Assembly: GCA_032128115.1 (NCBI GenBank)
Contig: JAQBHB010000090.1
Location: 32,001-96,000, forward strand
Direction: 5' to 3'
Length of the DNA: 64,000 bases
Source of the DNA: Deltaproteobacteria bacterium
Lineage (GTDB): Bacteria > Myxococcota_A > UBA9160 > SMWR01
Translations under genes and position numbers: made by a program
Shown here: piece by piece, positions 1 through 10,007 of the stretch
Layout of the letters: every line of letters begins with the position of its first letter
Position numbering within the stretch: position 1 is the stretch's first letter
The notes under the pieces: model-generated
The model's input: the letters and a program-made list of their open reading frames with translations, nothing else
Databases searched by the model: none
What the model was told of the DNA's origin: nothing

Positions 1-1012
1 TGTTCTCGCGTGAGTAGGGGTAGCAGCCTTCATAGTGCGGGTAATCGTTGCCCCACAGGATGCGGTCCACGCCCACCACGTCGCGTCCCTTCACGTCCTG
101 GGGCGAAGGGAAGCTGGCCCCGTACCAGCAGTTGCGCCTGGCGTAGAAGCTGGGCGTTTCCTTCAGGGTCTTGGACTTCGAGTAGTCGACCTCTCCCATC
201 ATGCCCATCTTCATGCCCACGTGCAGTGCGTCCATGCGCCGCAGCAGGCCCGGCGCCCAGGCGCAGCCCGACTCGGTGAGAATGAAACGTAGCTTCGGGA
301 AGCGCTCGAACACGCCCCCCAGGATCAGCTGGCAGTAGCCTCGCTGGATGAAGAACGGCATTTCCAGCACCCACAGGGCGTCTGCGCCCTGGTCGTTGCC
401 GTAGCCGGGGGAACCCTGGCCCGAGTGCTGGTTCACCACCAGGTCGTGGTCCTGGATCACCGCCCACAGCCGGTCGTAGTCCGGCGAGTTCAGCGGCTTC
501 AGGTGCACGTCGTCCGGCGCGGGCAGGGGCAGCAGCACGCCGCCCCGCAGGCCGTTCTCGGCGATCCACTTCACGTCCTCGATGGCGTCGCCCACGTCGT
601 TCAGATGGATCAGGCCAATGCCCGCGCGGCGTTCCGGCTCTTCTGCGCAGAACTCGGCCAGCCAGCGGTTGTGGGCCTGGGTCCCGGCGCGCCAGCGTGG
701 ATAGTTCTCGGGGCTCGGCGGCGGCGACACGTGGAAGGCCTTGTCGTAGAAAGGCGGCACGGTGTTGGGGAAGATCACCTCTCCCACCACGCCGTCGCTC
801 TCCAGATCGACCCGGCGCTCCGCCGAATCCCAGTTCTTGGTCTTCTTGCCGCCGACGTGTTTCTTGGACGGGTTCTTGTAGCCCGTGCGCCATTCGTCAA
901 AGGGGCCGCGCAGCCCGGGATCCAGGTACTCGCGATACATCTCGATGGAGGCGCCGGCATGGGTGTCGGCAGTGACGGTCACGTACGGCCGCTGGGGATC
1001 GGTAGGGGTCAC
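1..1012 (-). CDS. Amidohydrolase family protein (amidohydro_2-like), runs off left edge
   Basis: Not in the ORF track (no stop inside the window). Manual translation from GTG at 1012, with AAGGAG upstream: MTPTDPQRPYVTVTADTHAGASIEMYREYLDP...DGVVGEVIFPNTVPPF. The ADxH metal motif and EVIFPN are typical of this family. Confidence 0.85.
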   Translation of the reverse strand, partial: MTPTDPQRPYVTVTADTHAGASIEMYREYLDPGLRGPFDEWRTGYKNPSKKHVGGKKTKNWDSAERRVDLESDGVVGEVIFPNTVPPFYDKAFHVSPPPSPENYPRWRAGTQAHNRWLAEFCAEEPERRAGIGLIHLNDVGDAIEDVKWIAENGLRGGVLLPLPAPDDVHLKPLNSPDYDRLWAVIQDHDLVVNQHSGQGSPGYGNDQGADALWVLEMPFFIQRGYCQLILGGVFERFPKLRFILTESGCAWAPGLLRRMDALHVGMKMGMMGEVDYSKSKTLKETPSFYARRNCWYGASFPSPQDVKGRDVVGVDRILWGNDYPHYEGCYPYSREN

Positions 1013-1163
1013 GAGGGCTCCTTGGAAATGGCTCCGCCCCCCCTTTTCTCGCACAGTCGGGCCCTCTCGGCAAAGCCGTGTAAGGGGCAGATCGCCCCCT
1101 GCGTGTTTCTAGCTGAGTCCGGTCGGGCCCTTGGCTCATCTGGCGGTCGTGGCCCTTCCACCT

Positions 1164-1215
1164 GGTTGGCGGCTCAGAAGAGACCTTCGGGTTGGCCGCT
1201 CAGAAGAGACCTTCG
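1164..1215. repeat. 26-bp tandem duplication spanning the fhs stop codon
   Basis: GGTTGGCGGCTCAGAAGAGACCTTCG (1164-1189) and GGTTGGCCGCTCAGAAGAGACCTTCG (1190-1215), one mismatch. Confidence 0.95.
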
Positions 1216-2876
1216 ATCTCGCCGTCTTCGCTGATGCCGATCTGGTTGGCCGCGGGCACCCGGGGCAGTCCGGGCATGGTCATGATCTCACCGCAGATCA
1301 CCACGATGAACTCCGCGCCCGCCGAAAGGCGCACCTCGCGGATCGGCACGGTGTGGCCCGAGGGCGCTCCCTTGAGTGTGGGGTCCGTGGAAAAGCTGTA
1401 TTGGGTCTTGGCCATGCAGACCGGGAAGTGCCCGTACCCGGATTGCTGGAATTTCTTGATCTGGTTGCGGATCTTCTGGTCGGCGATGACGTCGCCGGCC
1501 TCATAGATGTGGGTGGCCACTGACTTGATCTTGTCCCAGAGTGGCAGGTCGTCGTGGTAGAGCGGCGCGAACTGGGTATTCTCGCTGGCCACCAGGTTCA
1601 CCACGTGCTTGGCCAGGGTTTCCGTTCCCGCACCGCCGTCGGCCCAGTGGGACGCCACGATTGCCTCGGTTCCATGCTCGCCGGCGGTCGTTCGCACGGC
1701 TGCAAGCTCCGCCTCCGTGTCCTCGGTGAACCGGTTGATGGCGACCACGGTGGGCACTCCGAAGGTTTTCACATTGCGAAGGTGCCGCGCCAGGTTGGAA
1801 CAGCCCTTGCGAACCGCTGCCACGTTCTCGCGCTGCAGCTCCCTTGCGGGAACGCCCCCCTGCATCTTGAGGGCGCGCACCGTCGCCACCAGCACGGCGG
1901 CGGCTGGCCGCAGCCCCGCCTTCCGGCACTTGATGTTGAAGAACTTCTCGGCGCCCAGATCGGCGCCGAACCCGGCCTCTGTCACTACGTAGTCGGCCAG
2001 CTTGAGCGAGGCCTTGGTGGCCACCACGGAGTTGCAGCCGTGGGCGATGTTGCCGAAGGGGCCGCCGTGCACCATGGCCGGATTGTTCTCGAGCGTCTGC
2101 ACCAGATTCGGCTCCAGGGCATCCTTGAGCAGCACTGTCATCGCCCCATCCGCCGACAGGTCCTTCGCGGTGATGGGCTTTCCCTCGCGCGTGTACCCGA
2201 TCACGATGTTGCTCAGGCGACGCTGCAGGTCCTTGAGATTCTCGGCCAGACAGAAGATCGCCATCACTTCGGAGGCCGGCGTGATGTCGTAGCCGTCCTC
2301 GCGGGGGTACCCGTTGCCCAGGCCGCCCAGGGAGACGGTGATCTGTCGCAAGGCCCGGTCGTTCATGTCCACGACCCGCCGCCACGAAACACGCCGGGGA
2401 TCGATGCCGAGCTCGTTGCCCCAGTTGATGTGATTGTCGATCAGGGCGGCCAGCAGGTTGTTTGCGGCCCCGATGGCGTGAAAGTCGCCGGTGAAGTGGA
2501 GGTTGATGTCCTCCATGGGCACCACCTGGGCGTAGCCGCCGCCAGCGGCGCCGCCTTTCATGCCGAAGCAGGGTCCCAGGCTGGGTTCGCGCAAACACAC
2601 CATCGCCTTCTTGCCGATCCGGCACAGGCCATCCGTCAGGCCTACCGACGTGGTGGTCTTGCCCTCGCCGGCAGGCGTAGGTGAGATGGCGGTGACGAGG
2701 ATCAGCTTTCCGTCGGGTAGCCCGGCCCGGGTTTGGAGGAACTCGGCACTGACCTTGGCCTTGGTCCGCCCATAGTGTGAGAGTGCGTCACCGGGGATTC
2801 CCAGCCTCGCGGCCACCTCGTCGATGGGCAGCATCGTCGCTTCGCGGGCGATCTCGATATCAGTCTTTGCTGTCAT
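1200..2876 (-). CDS. fhs: Formate--tetrahydrofolate ligase
   Basis: Start [10 protein letters not shown]; motifs [71 protein letters not shown]. Confidence 0.98.
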   Translation of the reverse strand: MTAKTDIEIAREATMLPIDEVAARLGIPGDALSHYGRTKAKVSAEFLQTRAGLPDGKLILVTAISPTPAGEGKTTTSVGLTDGLCRIGKKAMVCLREPSLGPCFGMKGGAAGGGYAQVVPMEDINLHFTGDFHAIGAANNLLAALIDNHINWGNELGIDPRRVSWRRVVDMNDRALRQITVSLGGLGNGYPREDGYDITPASEVMAIFCLAENLKDLQRRLSNIVIGYTREGKPITAKDLSADGAMTVLLKDALEPNLVQTLENNPAMVHGGPFGNIAHGCNSVVATKASLKLADYVVTEAGFGADLGAEKFFNIKCRKAGLRPAAAVLVATVRALKMQGGVPARELQRENVAAVRKGCSNLARHLRNVKTFGVPTVVAINRFTEDTEAELAAVRTTAGEHGTEAIVASHWADGGAGTETLAKHVVNLVASENTQFAPLYHDDLPLWDKIKSVATHIYEAGDVIADQKIRNQIKKFQQSGYGHFPVCMAKTQYSFSTDPTLKGAPSGHTVPIREVRLSAGAEFIVVICGEIMTMPGLPRVPAANQIGISEDGEIEGLF

Positions 2877-3240
2877 GGTTCGCAGGGTCCTCCAATCGCT
2901 CGATGGGCCCAGCGGTGGGCACTCCGGCGGTCGTTCGAGTCTGGGGAATGCCGCGGGCCGCTGCGCCCCGCACCAGCATCTGGGTGCTGATGGGAACCGT
3001 GAGCAGCACGAACAGGATGAGGAGCACCTTCTCGAGCCAGAAGGCGGCGTCGCGCCCCCCGTACATGAGGATCGATCCGCAAGCGGCAATCAGCAGCCCC
3101 AGGGTGGCAGCCTTCGTGGGCGCATGGGCGCGGGTGTAGAAGTCGGGCAGACGCAACAGCCCGATGGCGGCGCTGAGGAAGAAGAAAGAGCCCACCAGCG
3201 ACAGCACAGCGCCCACGAACGGAATCACGCCTTCACTCAT
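2860..3240 (-). CDS. mrpG: Mrp Na+/H+ antiporter subunit G
   Basis: [22 protein letters not shown] motif, hydrophobic, operon position. Confidence 0.93.
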   Translation of the reverse strand: MSEGVIPFVGAVLSLVGSFFFLSAAIGLLRLPDFYTRAHAPTKAATLGLLIAACGSILMYGGRDAAFWLEKVLLILFVLLTVPISTQMLVRGAAARGIPQTRTTAGVPTAGPIERLEDPANHDSKD

Positions 3241-3490
3241 GGGGAAACTCGCCCTGACCCAGGAAGTACCCCAGTACGACGGTCGTCACGAACGTGAACA
3301 ACGCCAACCCCAACGCCGCGTCTACGAGCATGCTCGTGTGCAGGAGCAGGGTCGCCATGACCAGAAGCGAGATCGTCTCCATGGCCAGTGCCCGGTCGAA
3401 GACGCTGGGACCCCGCCACGCCCGGATCATCACCAGCAAGGCCGAGAATGCCAGGATGCCCAGGCTCAGGCTGTGGATCGCGTCGGTCAA
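3233..3490 (-). CDS. mrpF: Mrp antiporter subunit F
   Basis: TTG start overlapping the mrpE stop; RAWRGPSVFDRALA motif; 85 aa, hydrophobic. Confidence 0.88.
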   Translation of the reverse strand: MTDAIHSLSLGILAFSALLVMIRAWRGPSVFDRALAMETISLLVMATLLLHTSMLVDAALGLALFTFVTTVVLGYFLGQGEFPHE

Positions 3491-3984
3491 CTCGCCTCCA
3501 TGGCGCGCAGGGGGACCTCGAATCGGGTGCGGATCCGCTCGAGCACCTGTTCCTCGTCGCGCAGGTCGAGGACGTGAAGGCTGATGCCGAAGCTGCCGTC
3601 CTCTCCGGCCGATTCCTCGTAGGTGAGACTCCCCGGGGTGAGCGTGATCATCACGCCAAGCAGGGCCTGCATCCCCGGCGTTTCCAGCTCGCTGCGGTAG
3701 CGGATCCACCCGGGGCGGATGTCGATGCGGGGCGCCAACACGATGCGAAGCTGTTCCACATTCGCGACCACGAGTTCCCACAGGAAGTACGCAAACAGCT
3801 TCGAACCGGGCCGTGCCAAGCGCAGCGCGCGCACCAGCTGGAACGGCTTCCGGTTGGGGGTGCCCCCCAAACGCCAGATCAGCAGGCCGATGCCTGCGCC
3901 TACAGCGAAGGCGCTCCAGCCGATCTCGGCGGTGAGTCCCATCCACGCCAGGCCCGTCACGATCGGGATGAACAGGATCGACAT
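3487..3984 (-). CDS. mrpE: Mrp antiporter subunit E
   Basis: ELVVAN...IRPG...ITLTPGSL...LHVLD...FE motifs; GGAGG RBS. Confidence 0.92.
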   Translation of the reverse strand: MSILFIPIVTGLAWMGLTAEIGWSAFAVGAGIGLLIWRLGGTPNRKPFQLVRALRLARPGSKLFAYFLWELVVANVEQLRIVLAPRIDIRPGWIRYRSELETPGMQALLGVMITLTPGSLTYEESAGEDGSFGISLHVLDLRDEEQVLERIRTRFEVPLRAMEAS

Positions 3985-4008
3985 CAGGACACCTCCGCCA
4001 CCAGAACC

Positions 4009-5502
4009 TCAGGGAGCCTCGTACAGCCGCTGATCGTAGTGGTCGCTGGACAGCACCGCTTCGCGGTAGTCGCTGCCGTCGAGAAGCGCTTCGGCAGTGG
4101 CCATCGTGTACTGCTGGACCGGGCCGGCCGCGAAGCCGAGTGCCAGGATCAGGACGAGCATGCAGAGCAGCGGTCCCGAACCCGACCGCGGTCGGGACAC
4201 CACGGGTGTCTCGACGGGCGTGTGTTGGAACGCGAAGCGCCAGATCTTGAGCATGCTTGCCAGGGTGAAGAGCGACGCCACCACCAGCAGCACCACTCCC
4301 GGCCAGGCGCCACTGTCGAGGGCGGCCTGGAAAACGCCAAGCTTGCCGAAGAACCCGGAGAACGGGGGCATGCCCGCCAGGGAGAAGGCCGCGACGACGA
4401 AGCACGCGGTGAGTCCCGCGTCTGCTGCGAGCTGGAAATCCATCCGGCGCAGATCGCGGCTCGCGTTGCGTCGTTCGAGTTCGTCGGCAACCAGGTACAG
4501 GGTCGATTTCACCAACGAGTGGTGCACGGCGAAAAACGTGGCACCCGCCACACCCGCGGGGCTCGCGAGCCCCAGTGCCAGCACCATGTAACCGACCTGG
4601 GACACGCTGTGGAACGAGAGCAGCCGGCGCATCTCGTACTGGGAGAGGGCAGCCAGCACAGCCAGCAGCGCCGAGATTCCGCCGATCCAGACGAGCGACT
4701 GGGCCAGCAGCGGGTCGAGTACCACGAGCGGAAGGATCCGGAGCAGAGCGTAGACGCCGAGCTTCGTCATGATCCCGGCGAACAGGGCCGCCAGCGGTGC
4801 CGACAGCGTGGGGTAGGTGGCCGGCATCCAGAAGCACAGGGGCACCAGGGCCGCCTTGGTGGCGAAGGCCACCATCAGCAACGCGAGGGCCACGCGTCGC
4901 AGGTCTTGGGGGGCGTTGCCGAGACTGCGCGAGAGGTCCGCCAGGTTGACGGACCCAGCCACTCCGTAGAGCAGGCCCAGCCCTGCCAGGAAGAGCAGCG
5001 AGGCCACGAGATTCACGACGACCGCGGGCAGCGTGGCGGCAAGCGAGCGCCGGGTGCCGGGGACCTGGAGCAACAGGTAGGAGGTTGCCAGCACCAGCTC
5101 GAACATCACGAAGAGATTGAACAGATCCGCTGTGAGAAATCCCCCGAAGAGTCCCGTGGACAGCAGGAGCAACAAAGGGTGGGAACGCTGTACGACCAGG
5201 TCGCCGTGGACTGCGGGGCGCAGGGCCGAAAGTGTCACCAACAGCAGGACAGCGTGCAGGCCGATGAAGAGCGCGGAGAGCCGGTCCGCGGCGAAGGCGA
5301 TTCCGTAAGGGGGGCGCCAGCCGCCGAAAGCGTGAACGATCACGGTGCCGTCGGACGTGGCGTGGAGGAGCTGGAGCGCGAGTGCCAGGATCACGCCACC
5401 GACGCCCAACGCCGCTGCGCGCGATGCCCTCGCGGAAGGTTGAGCGAGCCACAGCGCTACTGCCGCCAGACCCGGCAGCGCGAACAGCCACACCATGTTC
5501 AC
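4009..5502 (-). CDS. mrpD: Mrp antiporter subunit D
   Basis: GGWRPPYGI, DLFNLFVMFE, TKAALVPL..WMP, TKLGVY, SLAGMPPFSGFFGK; start is GTG 5502 or ATG 5496. Confidence 0.93.
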   Translation of the reverse strand: MNMVWLFALPGLAAVALWLAQPSARASRAAALGVGGVILALALQLLHATSDGTVIVHAFGGWRPPYGIAFAADRLSALFIGLHAVLLLVTLSALRPAVHGDLVVQRSHPLLLLLSTGLFGGFLTADLFNLFVMFELVLATSYLLLQVPGTRRSLAATLPAVVVNLVASLLFLAGLGLLYGVAGSVNLADLSRSLGNAPQDLRRVALALLMVAFATKAALVPLCFWMPATYPTLSAPLAALFAGIMTKLGVYALLRILPLVVLDPLLAQSLVWIGGISALLAVLAALSQYEMRRLLSFHSVSQVGYMVLALGLASPAGVAGATFFAVHHSLVKSTLYLVADELERRNASRDLRRMDFQLAADAGLTACFVVAAFSLAGMPPFSGFFGKLGVFQAALDSGAWPGVVLLVVASLFTLASMLKIWRFAFQHTPVETPVVSRPRSGSGPLLCMLVLILALGFAAGPVQQYTMATAEALLDGSDYREAVLSSDHYDQRLYEAP

Positions 5503-5891
5503 CGGGTGTGCTCCCGTCCCTCGAATTCGGCGAGGAGTTCTTCGGGGGTGCGGCCGACGTCTGATTCCGGCGCGGGGGCGATCTCCGGCGCGCCCCCCTT
5601 TCGCGTATGCACGGCCATGGCGACCAGCAGGTACACGCTGAACGCCATCGAGATCACGATGGCTGTGAGCACGAAAGCCTGGGGCACCGGGTCGGTGACC
5701 TCCTGGGGCTCCAGGTTCCACGTCACAATGGGGGCGTGCTCTCCCCAACGTCCCGCCGCCAGCACCAGGAAGTTCACCGCGTGGCTCAGGCAGGCCAGGC
5801 CCAGCGCCACCCGCAGCAGACTGCGGTGCAGCAACAGGAAGACGCCCACCGTGGCCAGCAGGAAGACCGCCAGCGCGACCACGGGCAGCAC
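5499..5891 (-). CDS. mrpC: Mrp antiporter subunit C
   Basis: DPVPQAFVLTAIVIS motif. Confidence 0.93.
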   Translation of the reverse strand: MLPVVALAVFLLATVGVFLLLHRSLLRVALGLACLSHAVNFLVLAAGRWGEHAPIVTWNLEPQEVTDPVPQAFVLTAIVISMAFSVYLLVAMAVHTRKGGAPEIAPAPESDVGRTPEELLAEFEGREHTR

Positions 5892-5892
5892 G

Positions 5893-6327
5893 TTACCCGC
5901 CCTCCCCGGGCCGTGCGGGTGTTTCCCACAGCCACAGGGCGGCGGCGCTGAGACCCCCGCCGACGATCATCACGACCCCCACCTCGAACAGCAGCGTCGT
6001 CTGCCACTTCCATGCGAGGGGGCCCAGCTGAAACACTCCGTGGCGGTGGGCGAGCCCGGCATCGCCGAGCAGCAGCGGAAGCACCAGGCTCGCCATGACG
6101 ACGATTGCTCCCAGCAGCGCCACCCGGTCGGGCTCGGCGGGAATGGCGCCGTGGAAGCGGCGCGCGCCGTAGCTGGTGAACCCCAGGATTCCGGCGATGG
6201 CGAACGCGAGTCCGCCCACGAAGCCGCCACCGGGGGAGTCGTGCCCCTTCAGGAGGAACGCCAGGCCCACCAGGATCGCAAAGGGCAGGATCACGCGCGC
6301 AAGCTGTTGCAGCAGAAAGCTCTTCAA
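5893..6327 (-). CDS. mrpB: Mrp antiporter subunit B
   Basis: TTG start overlapping the mrpA stop; GHDSPGGGFVGGL and LLFEVGV motifs. Confidence 0.9.
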   Translation of the reverse strand: MKSFLLQQLARVILPFAILVGLAFLLKGHDSPGGGFVGGLAFAIAGILGFTSYGARRFHGAIPAEPDRVALLGAIVVMASLVLPLLLGDAGLAHRHGVFQLGPLAWKWQTTLLFEVGVVMIVGGGLSAAALWLWETPARPGEGG

Positions 6328-8648
6328 CGCTCCACCTCGCCATCCGCCTGGCGCGCGGGAATCTCGCGACCCCGCAGCAGCGCCAGCGTGCCAAGGGCTG
6401 CCACCAGGACGACCAGCGTCTCCACCAGGGTGTCGAGCCCCCGGAAGTCGGACAGCACCAGGTTCACCAGGTTCTGGCCCCTGGCGATGGCAGGGCCCGC
6501 GTCGAAGTAGTAGTCGGAGATGCGCGTGTGTGTCGGCGTTCGGGCCAGGGCGAAAACCAGCCCTGCGCACACGGCTCCGACGCCCGTGGCGAACAGGAGT
6601 CTCGAGCCCTGCAGGAGCTTCGAGGGAGCCGCGGGCGGCTCGCGATTCGCTACGAAGCGAACCGCCAACAGGAAGAACACGGTGGTCAACACTTCGACCA
6701 GCAACTGTGTCATCACCAGATCGGGCGCATTGAGGAAGCCGTAGAGCAAGGCGACTGCGAAGCCCACGGCCGTGAGCGCCAGGATGCGCCCCACCTTGCT
6801 CGGCAGCCGAACCAGCAGGACCAGGGCCAGGACGAGCAGCGCCAGCACCACGGCCCCGTCCGTGTTCCAGGTGGATTCGAAGAAGCCGTCCAGGTACCCC
6901 AGGAAGGGCAGGGCAGAAACCAGACCGAGGGCCAGCAGCAGGGCCAGGTATACGCTCGGCGACGCGCTGGCCAACGCGCGGTTGCAGACGGCGCCCGCGG
7001 CCTGGGCGCCGGCCAGGAATCGCTCGAACAGACGCGGGCCGCCCAATTCCACCGGACCGCCGGGAAACCGACGTTTCTCGGACAGCCAGAACAGCAGGAA
7101 GCCGAGGCCGAGGATCGAGCCGCTCAGGATCAGCGGAACGTTGATGCCGTGCCACAGGCGCAGCTCCGGAACCTCCAGGCGATGACCCAGCAGTGCCGAA
7201 GTCATGGGCTCGAGGATCCAGCGGTCGGTGTACGCGGCGCCGAGGCCCAGGGCGAGACTCAGCACGGCGAGCAACCCGGGCGCCAACAGGAATTCGAAAC
7301 CGGGGCGGTGCGCCCGGGTCGCCCCGTCGCTGCGCGGCTTGCCGGTGAACGTGTCGAGGAAGAATCGCGCCGTGTAGGCGACGGTTCCGATCGATCCCAA
7401 CACGATTCCCAGGACCGCCATGTCGTGGAGCGGCGTGTCGGCAAGCAACAACTTCTTGAGCACCAGCTCCTTGGACAGGAAGCCGGCAAAGGGCGGCAGC
7501 CCGGCCATGGAGCCCGCCAGGATCGCCACCAATGCGCAAAGCAGCGGTGCGCGGCGCCCGAGCCCGCCCAGCTTCGAGAGCTGCCGGGTGCCCGCGGCGT
7601 GGTCGATGGCGCCGACCCCGAGAAACAGGCCCGCCTTGAACAGGGCGTGAGCCAGCAGGTAGAGGGTCGCCGCCCGAACCGCGAGGTCGGTGCCGAGTCC
7701 CGCCGTGATCGTCATGAGGCCCAGCTGCGAAACGGTGGACCAGGCCATCAGGAGCTTGACGTCGTCCTGGCCGAGGGCGCGATAGCTGCCCCAGATGCAG
7801 GTGGCTGTGCCCAGGGGAATCAAGACCCCGCTCCAGAGTGGCGAGTCGCCGAAGACGGGGAACAGGTAGAGGAGCAGGATCAGACCGGCCTTCACCATGG
7901 TGGCCGAGTGCAGATAGGCGGAAATCGGGGTCGGGGCCGCCATGGCCCCGGGCAACCAGAAATGGAACGGAACCTGGGCGCTCTTGGTGAGAATCCCCGG
8001 CAGGATCAGGGCCAGCGCCAACGTCTGTACCGCGCGCGGCAGCTCGTGGGATGCGAGTGCCGAGAGGCTCCCGGTGCCGGTTTCGAGAATCAGGTACAGG
8101 AAGCCCACCAGCATGGGAAGCGCGCCACCCACCGTTACCACCAGCGCTTGTTGGGCCGACGCGAAGCTGTCGTCGCGTTTGTCCGCGTCGGTGAGGATCA
8201 AGAAGAAGGAGCAAAGACCCGTGAGCTCCCAGAACGTGAACAGCAGCAGCAGCTCGTCCGATAGTACGAGCCCGAGCATCGAGGCCTCGAACAGGCAAAG
8301 CAGCGCGATGGCGCGGCGTCCCTTGGGAGAGGGTCCGAAGTAGGCGCCGGCGAACTGAAGCACCAGCACGCCCACGCCGGAGACCAGCGCGGCCAGCGCC
8401 AGGGTGGCCACATCGAGACGCCACGCTACGCGCAGCGACAGCGAGGGGGCCCACTCCCACGCCACGGCGACACCGGTCGCCCCGTCCACCAGCAGCAGCG
8501 ACACCAGCAGCAGCGAGGCCAGCGATCCGGCGACTCCCAGCGCGCGTGCCCACCTCTGCGCGCGTGGCAGGGAGAGCAGGATTCCGCCCACCGCCGCCGG
8601 CAGTACGACCGTGGCGCTGGCCAGCCAGACCTGCTCTGCGGGGCTCAC
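6324..8648 (-). CDS. mrpA: Mrp antiporter subunit A
   Basis: FWELT, TKSAQVPFHFWLPGAMAAPTPISAYLHSATMVKAG, APDLVMTQLLVE, NLVNLVLSDFRGLDTLVE. Confidence 0.96.
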   Translation of the reverse strand: MSPAEQVWLASATVVLPAAVGGILLSLPRAQRWARALGVAGSLASLLLVSLLLVDGATGVAVAWEWAPSLSLRVAWRLDVATLALAALVSGVGVLVLQFAGAYFGPSPKGRRAIALLCLFEASMLGLVLSDELLLLFTFWELTGLCSFFLILTDADKRDDSFASAQQALVVTVGGALPMLVGFLYLILETGTGSLSALASHELPRAVQTLALALILPGILTKSAQVPFHFWLPGAMAAPTPISAYLHSATMVKAGLILLLYLFPVFGDSPLWSGVLIPLGTATCIWGSYRALGQDDVKLLMAWSTVSQLGLMTITAGLGTDLAVRAATLYLLAHALFKAGLFLGVGAIDHAAGTRQLSKLGGLGRRAPLLCALVAILAGSMAGLPPFAGFLSKELVLKKLLLADTPLHDMAVLGIVLGSIGTVAYTARFFLDTFTGKPRSDGATRAHRPGFEFLLAPGLLAVLSLALGLGAAYTDRWILEPMTSALLGHRLEVPELRLWHGINVPLILSGSILGLGFLLFWLSEKRRFPGGPVELGGPRLFERFLAGAQAAGAVCNRALASASPSVYLALLLALGLVSALPFLGYLDGFFESTWNTDGAVVLALLVLALVLLVRLPSKVGRILALTAVGFAVALLYGFLNAPDLVMTQLLVEVLTTVFFLLAVRFVANREPPAAPSKLLQGSRLLFATGVGAVCAGLVFALARTPTHTRISDYYFDAGPAIARGQNLVNLVLSDFRGLDTLVETLVVLVAALGTLALLRGREIPARQADGEVER

Positions 8649-8749
8649 GGCGGCCTCCGATCAATGGGCACGCATGATAGGAGTGGCGAGCCTCGCTTGG
8701 CGAGTCTTTTGCCGGGTTTCGCCGCACAGAGCGGTGCTCTGGCGCAGAT

Positions 8750-9958
8750 CTAGCGGATCGCGCCCGACTCCCGCAGGCGGGCGATCCGCTCCTGGCTCAC
8801 GCCGAGCTCGCCAAGCACCGCATCCGTGTGCTCTCCGAGGCGCGGCGCATGGCGATCGATGGAGGCGGGGGTTCGCTCGAAGCGAATCGGCGGCGACAGG
8901 TATCGGACCGATCCAAAGCGCGGATCCTCGAGCGTAACGACGCTCTTGCGATGGGCCACCTGGGGATCGGCCAGGAAATCGTCGACGCAGTTCACAGGCG
9001 CGAAGGGGGCGCCTTCCTGGTGCGAGCGGGAGAGGAAGGCCTCGGTCGGAATCTTGCGGATCTCTTCCGACAGCAGGGGAACGAGCTCCACCCAGTGGTG
9101 GAAACGCTCGACGAGTTTTTCGAAGCGTGGGTCGCGAGCCAGGTCGAGCCTCTCGATCGCGCGACACAGCCCCGCGAACTGCGCGTCCTGGATGATCAGG
9201 CCCACCACGAACCCGTCGGCGGTTTCCCAGCAGCGGAAGAAGTCGGCGGCCACGCTGACATCGTTGGTGAGCGGCGGGAACGATCGGGCCATCATGGATT
9301 CGGGAAGCGCGAAGGCAGAGAAGGCGTCGATCATGGCGATCTCGACCCGTTGTCCGCGTCTCTCGGGATCCCGCTCGCGTGCCAGCAGCGCGGCGAGCAC
9401 GCCCGCCAGCGCCGTCAGCGCGCTCGACTTGTCCGCGATCCCACCCTGCACGAGAGCCGGCGGCCCGTCGCCACCCTGTTCGGGCATCAGGCCGATCAGC
9501 CCCTGCAATACCTGGTCGTAGGCCGGAAGCCCGGCCTTGGGGCCGTCTCGACCGAAGCCGTTCACCGCCACGTAGATCAGCCCGGGGTGGTTCTGGCAGA
9601 GCGTCTCGTAGCCCAGGCCCAGGCGCTCCATGACGTTCGGGCGGAAGTTCTCGACCACCACGTCGAAGCGGGGCACCAATTCCAGCACGAGATCGCGTCC
9701 AGCTTCGGACTTCAGGTCGATCACGATGCTCCGCTTGTTCCGGTTGAACTGGGCGAGAAAGCCGGAGAAGCCGGGCTCCCGAAAGGGCGCCCCGGCGCAG
9801 CGGGACGGGTCTCCGGCGGGCGATTCCAGCTTGATGACGTCGGCCCCCAGGTCGCCCAGGGCCTGGGTGCACAGCGGCCCTGCGATCACCGTCGTGAAGT
9901 CGAGCACCCGCAAGCCGTCACACGGCCCGCGATCCTTCCTCGGCGGTGCAGCGCCCAT
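8750..9958 (-). CDS. CaiB/BaiF family III CoA-transferase
   Basis: GLRVLD...AGP...LGDLGADVIKLE, NRNKRS, DVVVENFRP, APRLGEHT. Confidence 0.95.
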   Translation of the reverse strand: MGAAPPRKDRGPCDGLRVLDFTTVIAGPLCTQALGDLGADVIKLESPAGDPSRCAGAPFREPGFSGFLAQFNRNKRSIVIDLKSEAGRDLVLELVPRFDVVVENFRPNVMERLGLGYETLCQNHPGLIYVAVNGFGRDGPKAGLPAYDQVLQGLIGLMPEQGGDGPPALVQGGIADKSSALTALAGVLAALLARERDPERRGQRVEIAMIDAFSAFALPESMMARSFPPLTNDVSVAADFFRCWETADGFVVGLIIQDAQFAGLCRAIERLDLARDPRFEKLVERFHHWVELVPLLSEEIRKIPTEAFLSRSHQEGAPFAPVNCVDDFLADPQVAHRKSVVTLEDPRFGSVRYLSPPIRFERTPASIDRHAPRLGEHTDAVLGELGVSQERIARLRESGAIR

Positions 9959-10007
9959 CCAGCGATCGTATCAGCATTCGAATTGCATGTAATATGGGGA
10001 TCGGCCC

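Noticed and set aside
3388..6510. 1040-aa plus-strand ORF
   Set aside because: Antisense shadow of the mrp genes; long stop-free antisense frames are expected at this GC content, and it has no motifs.
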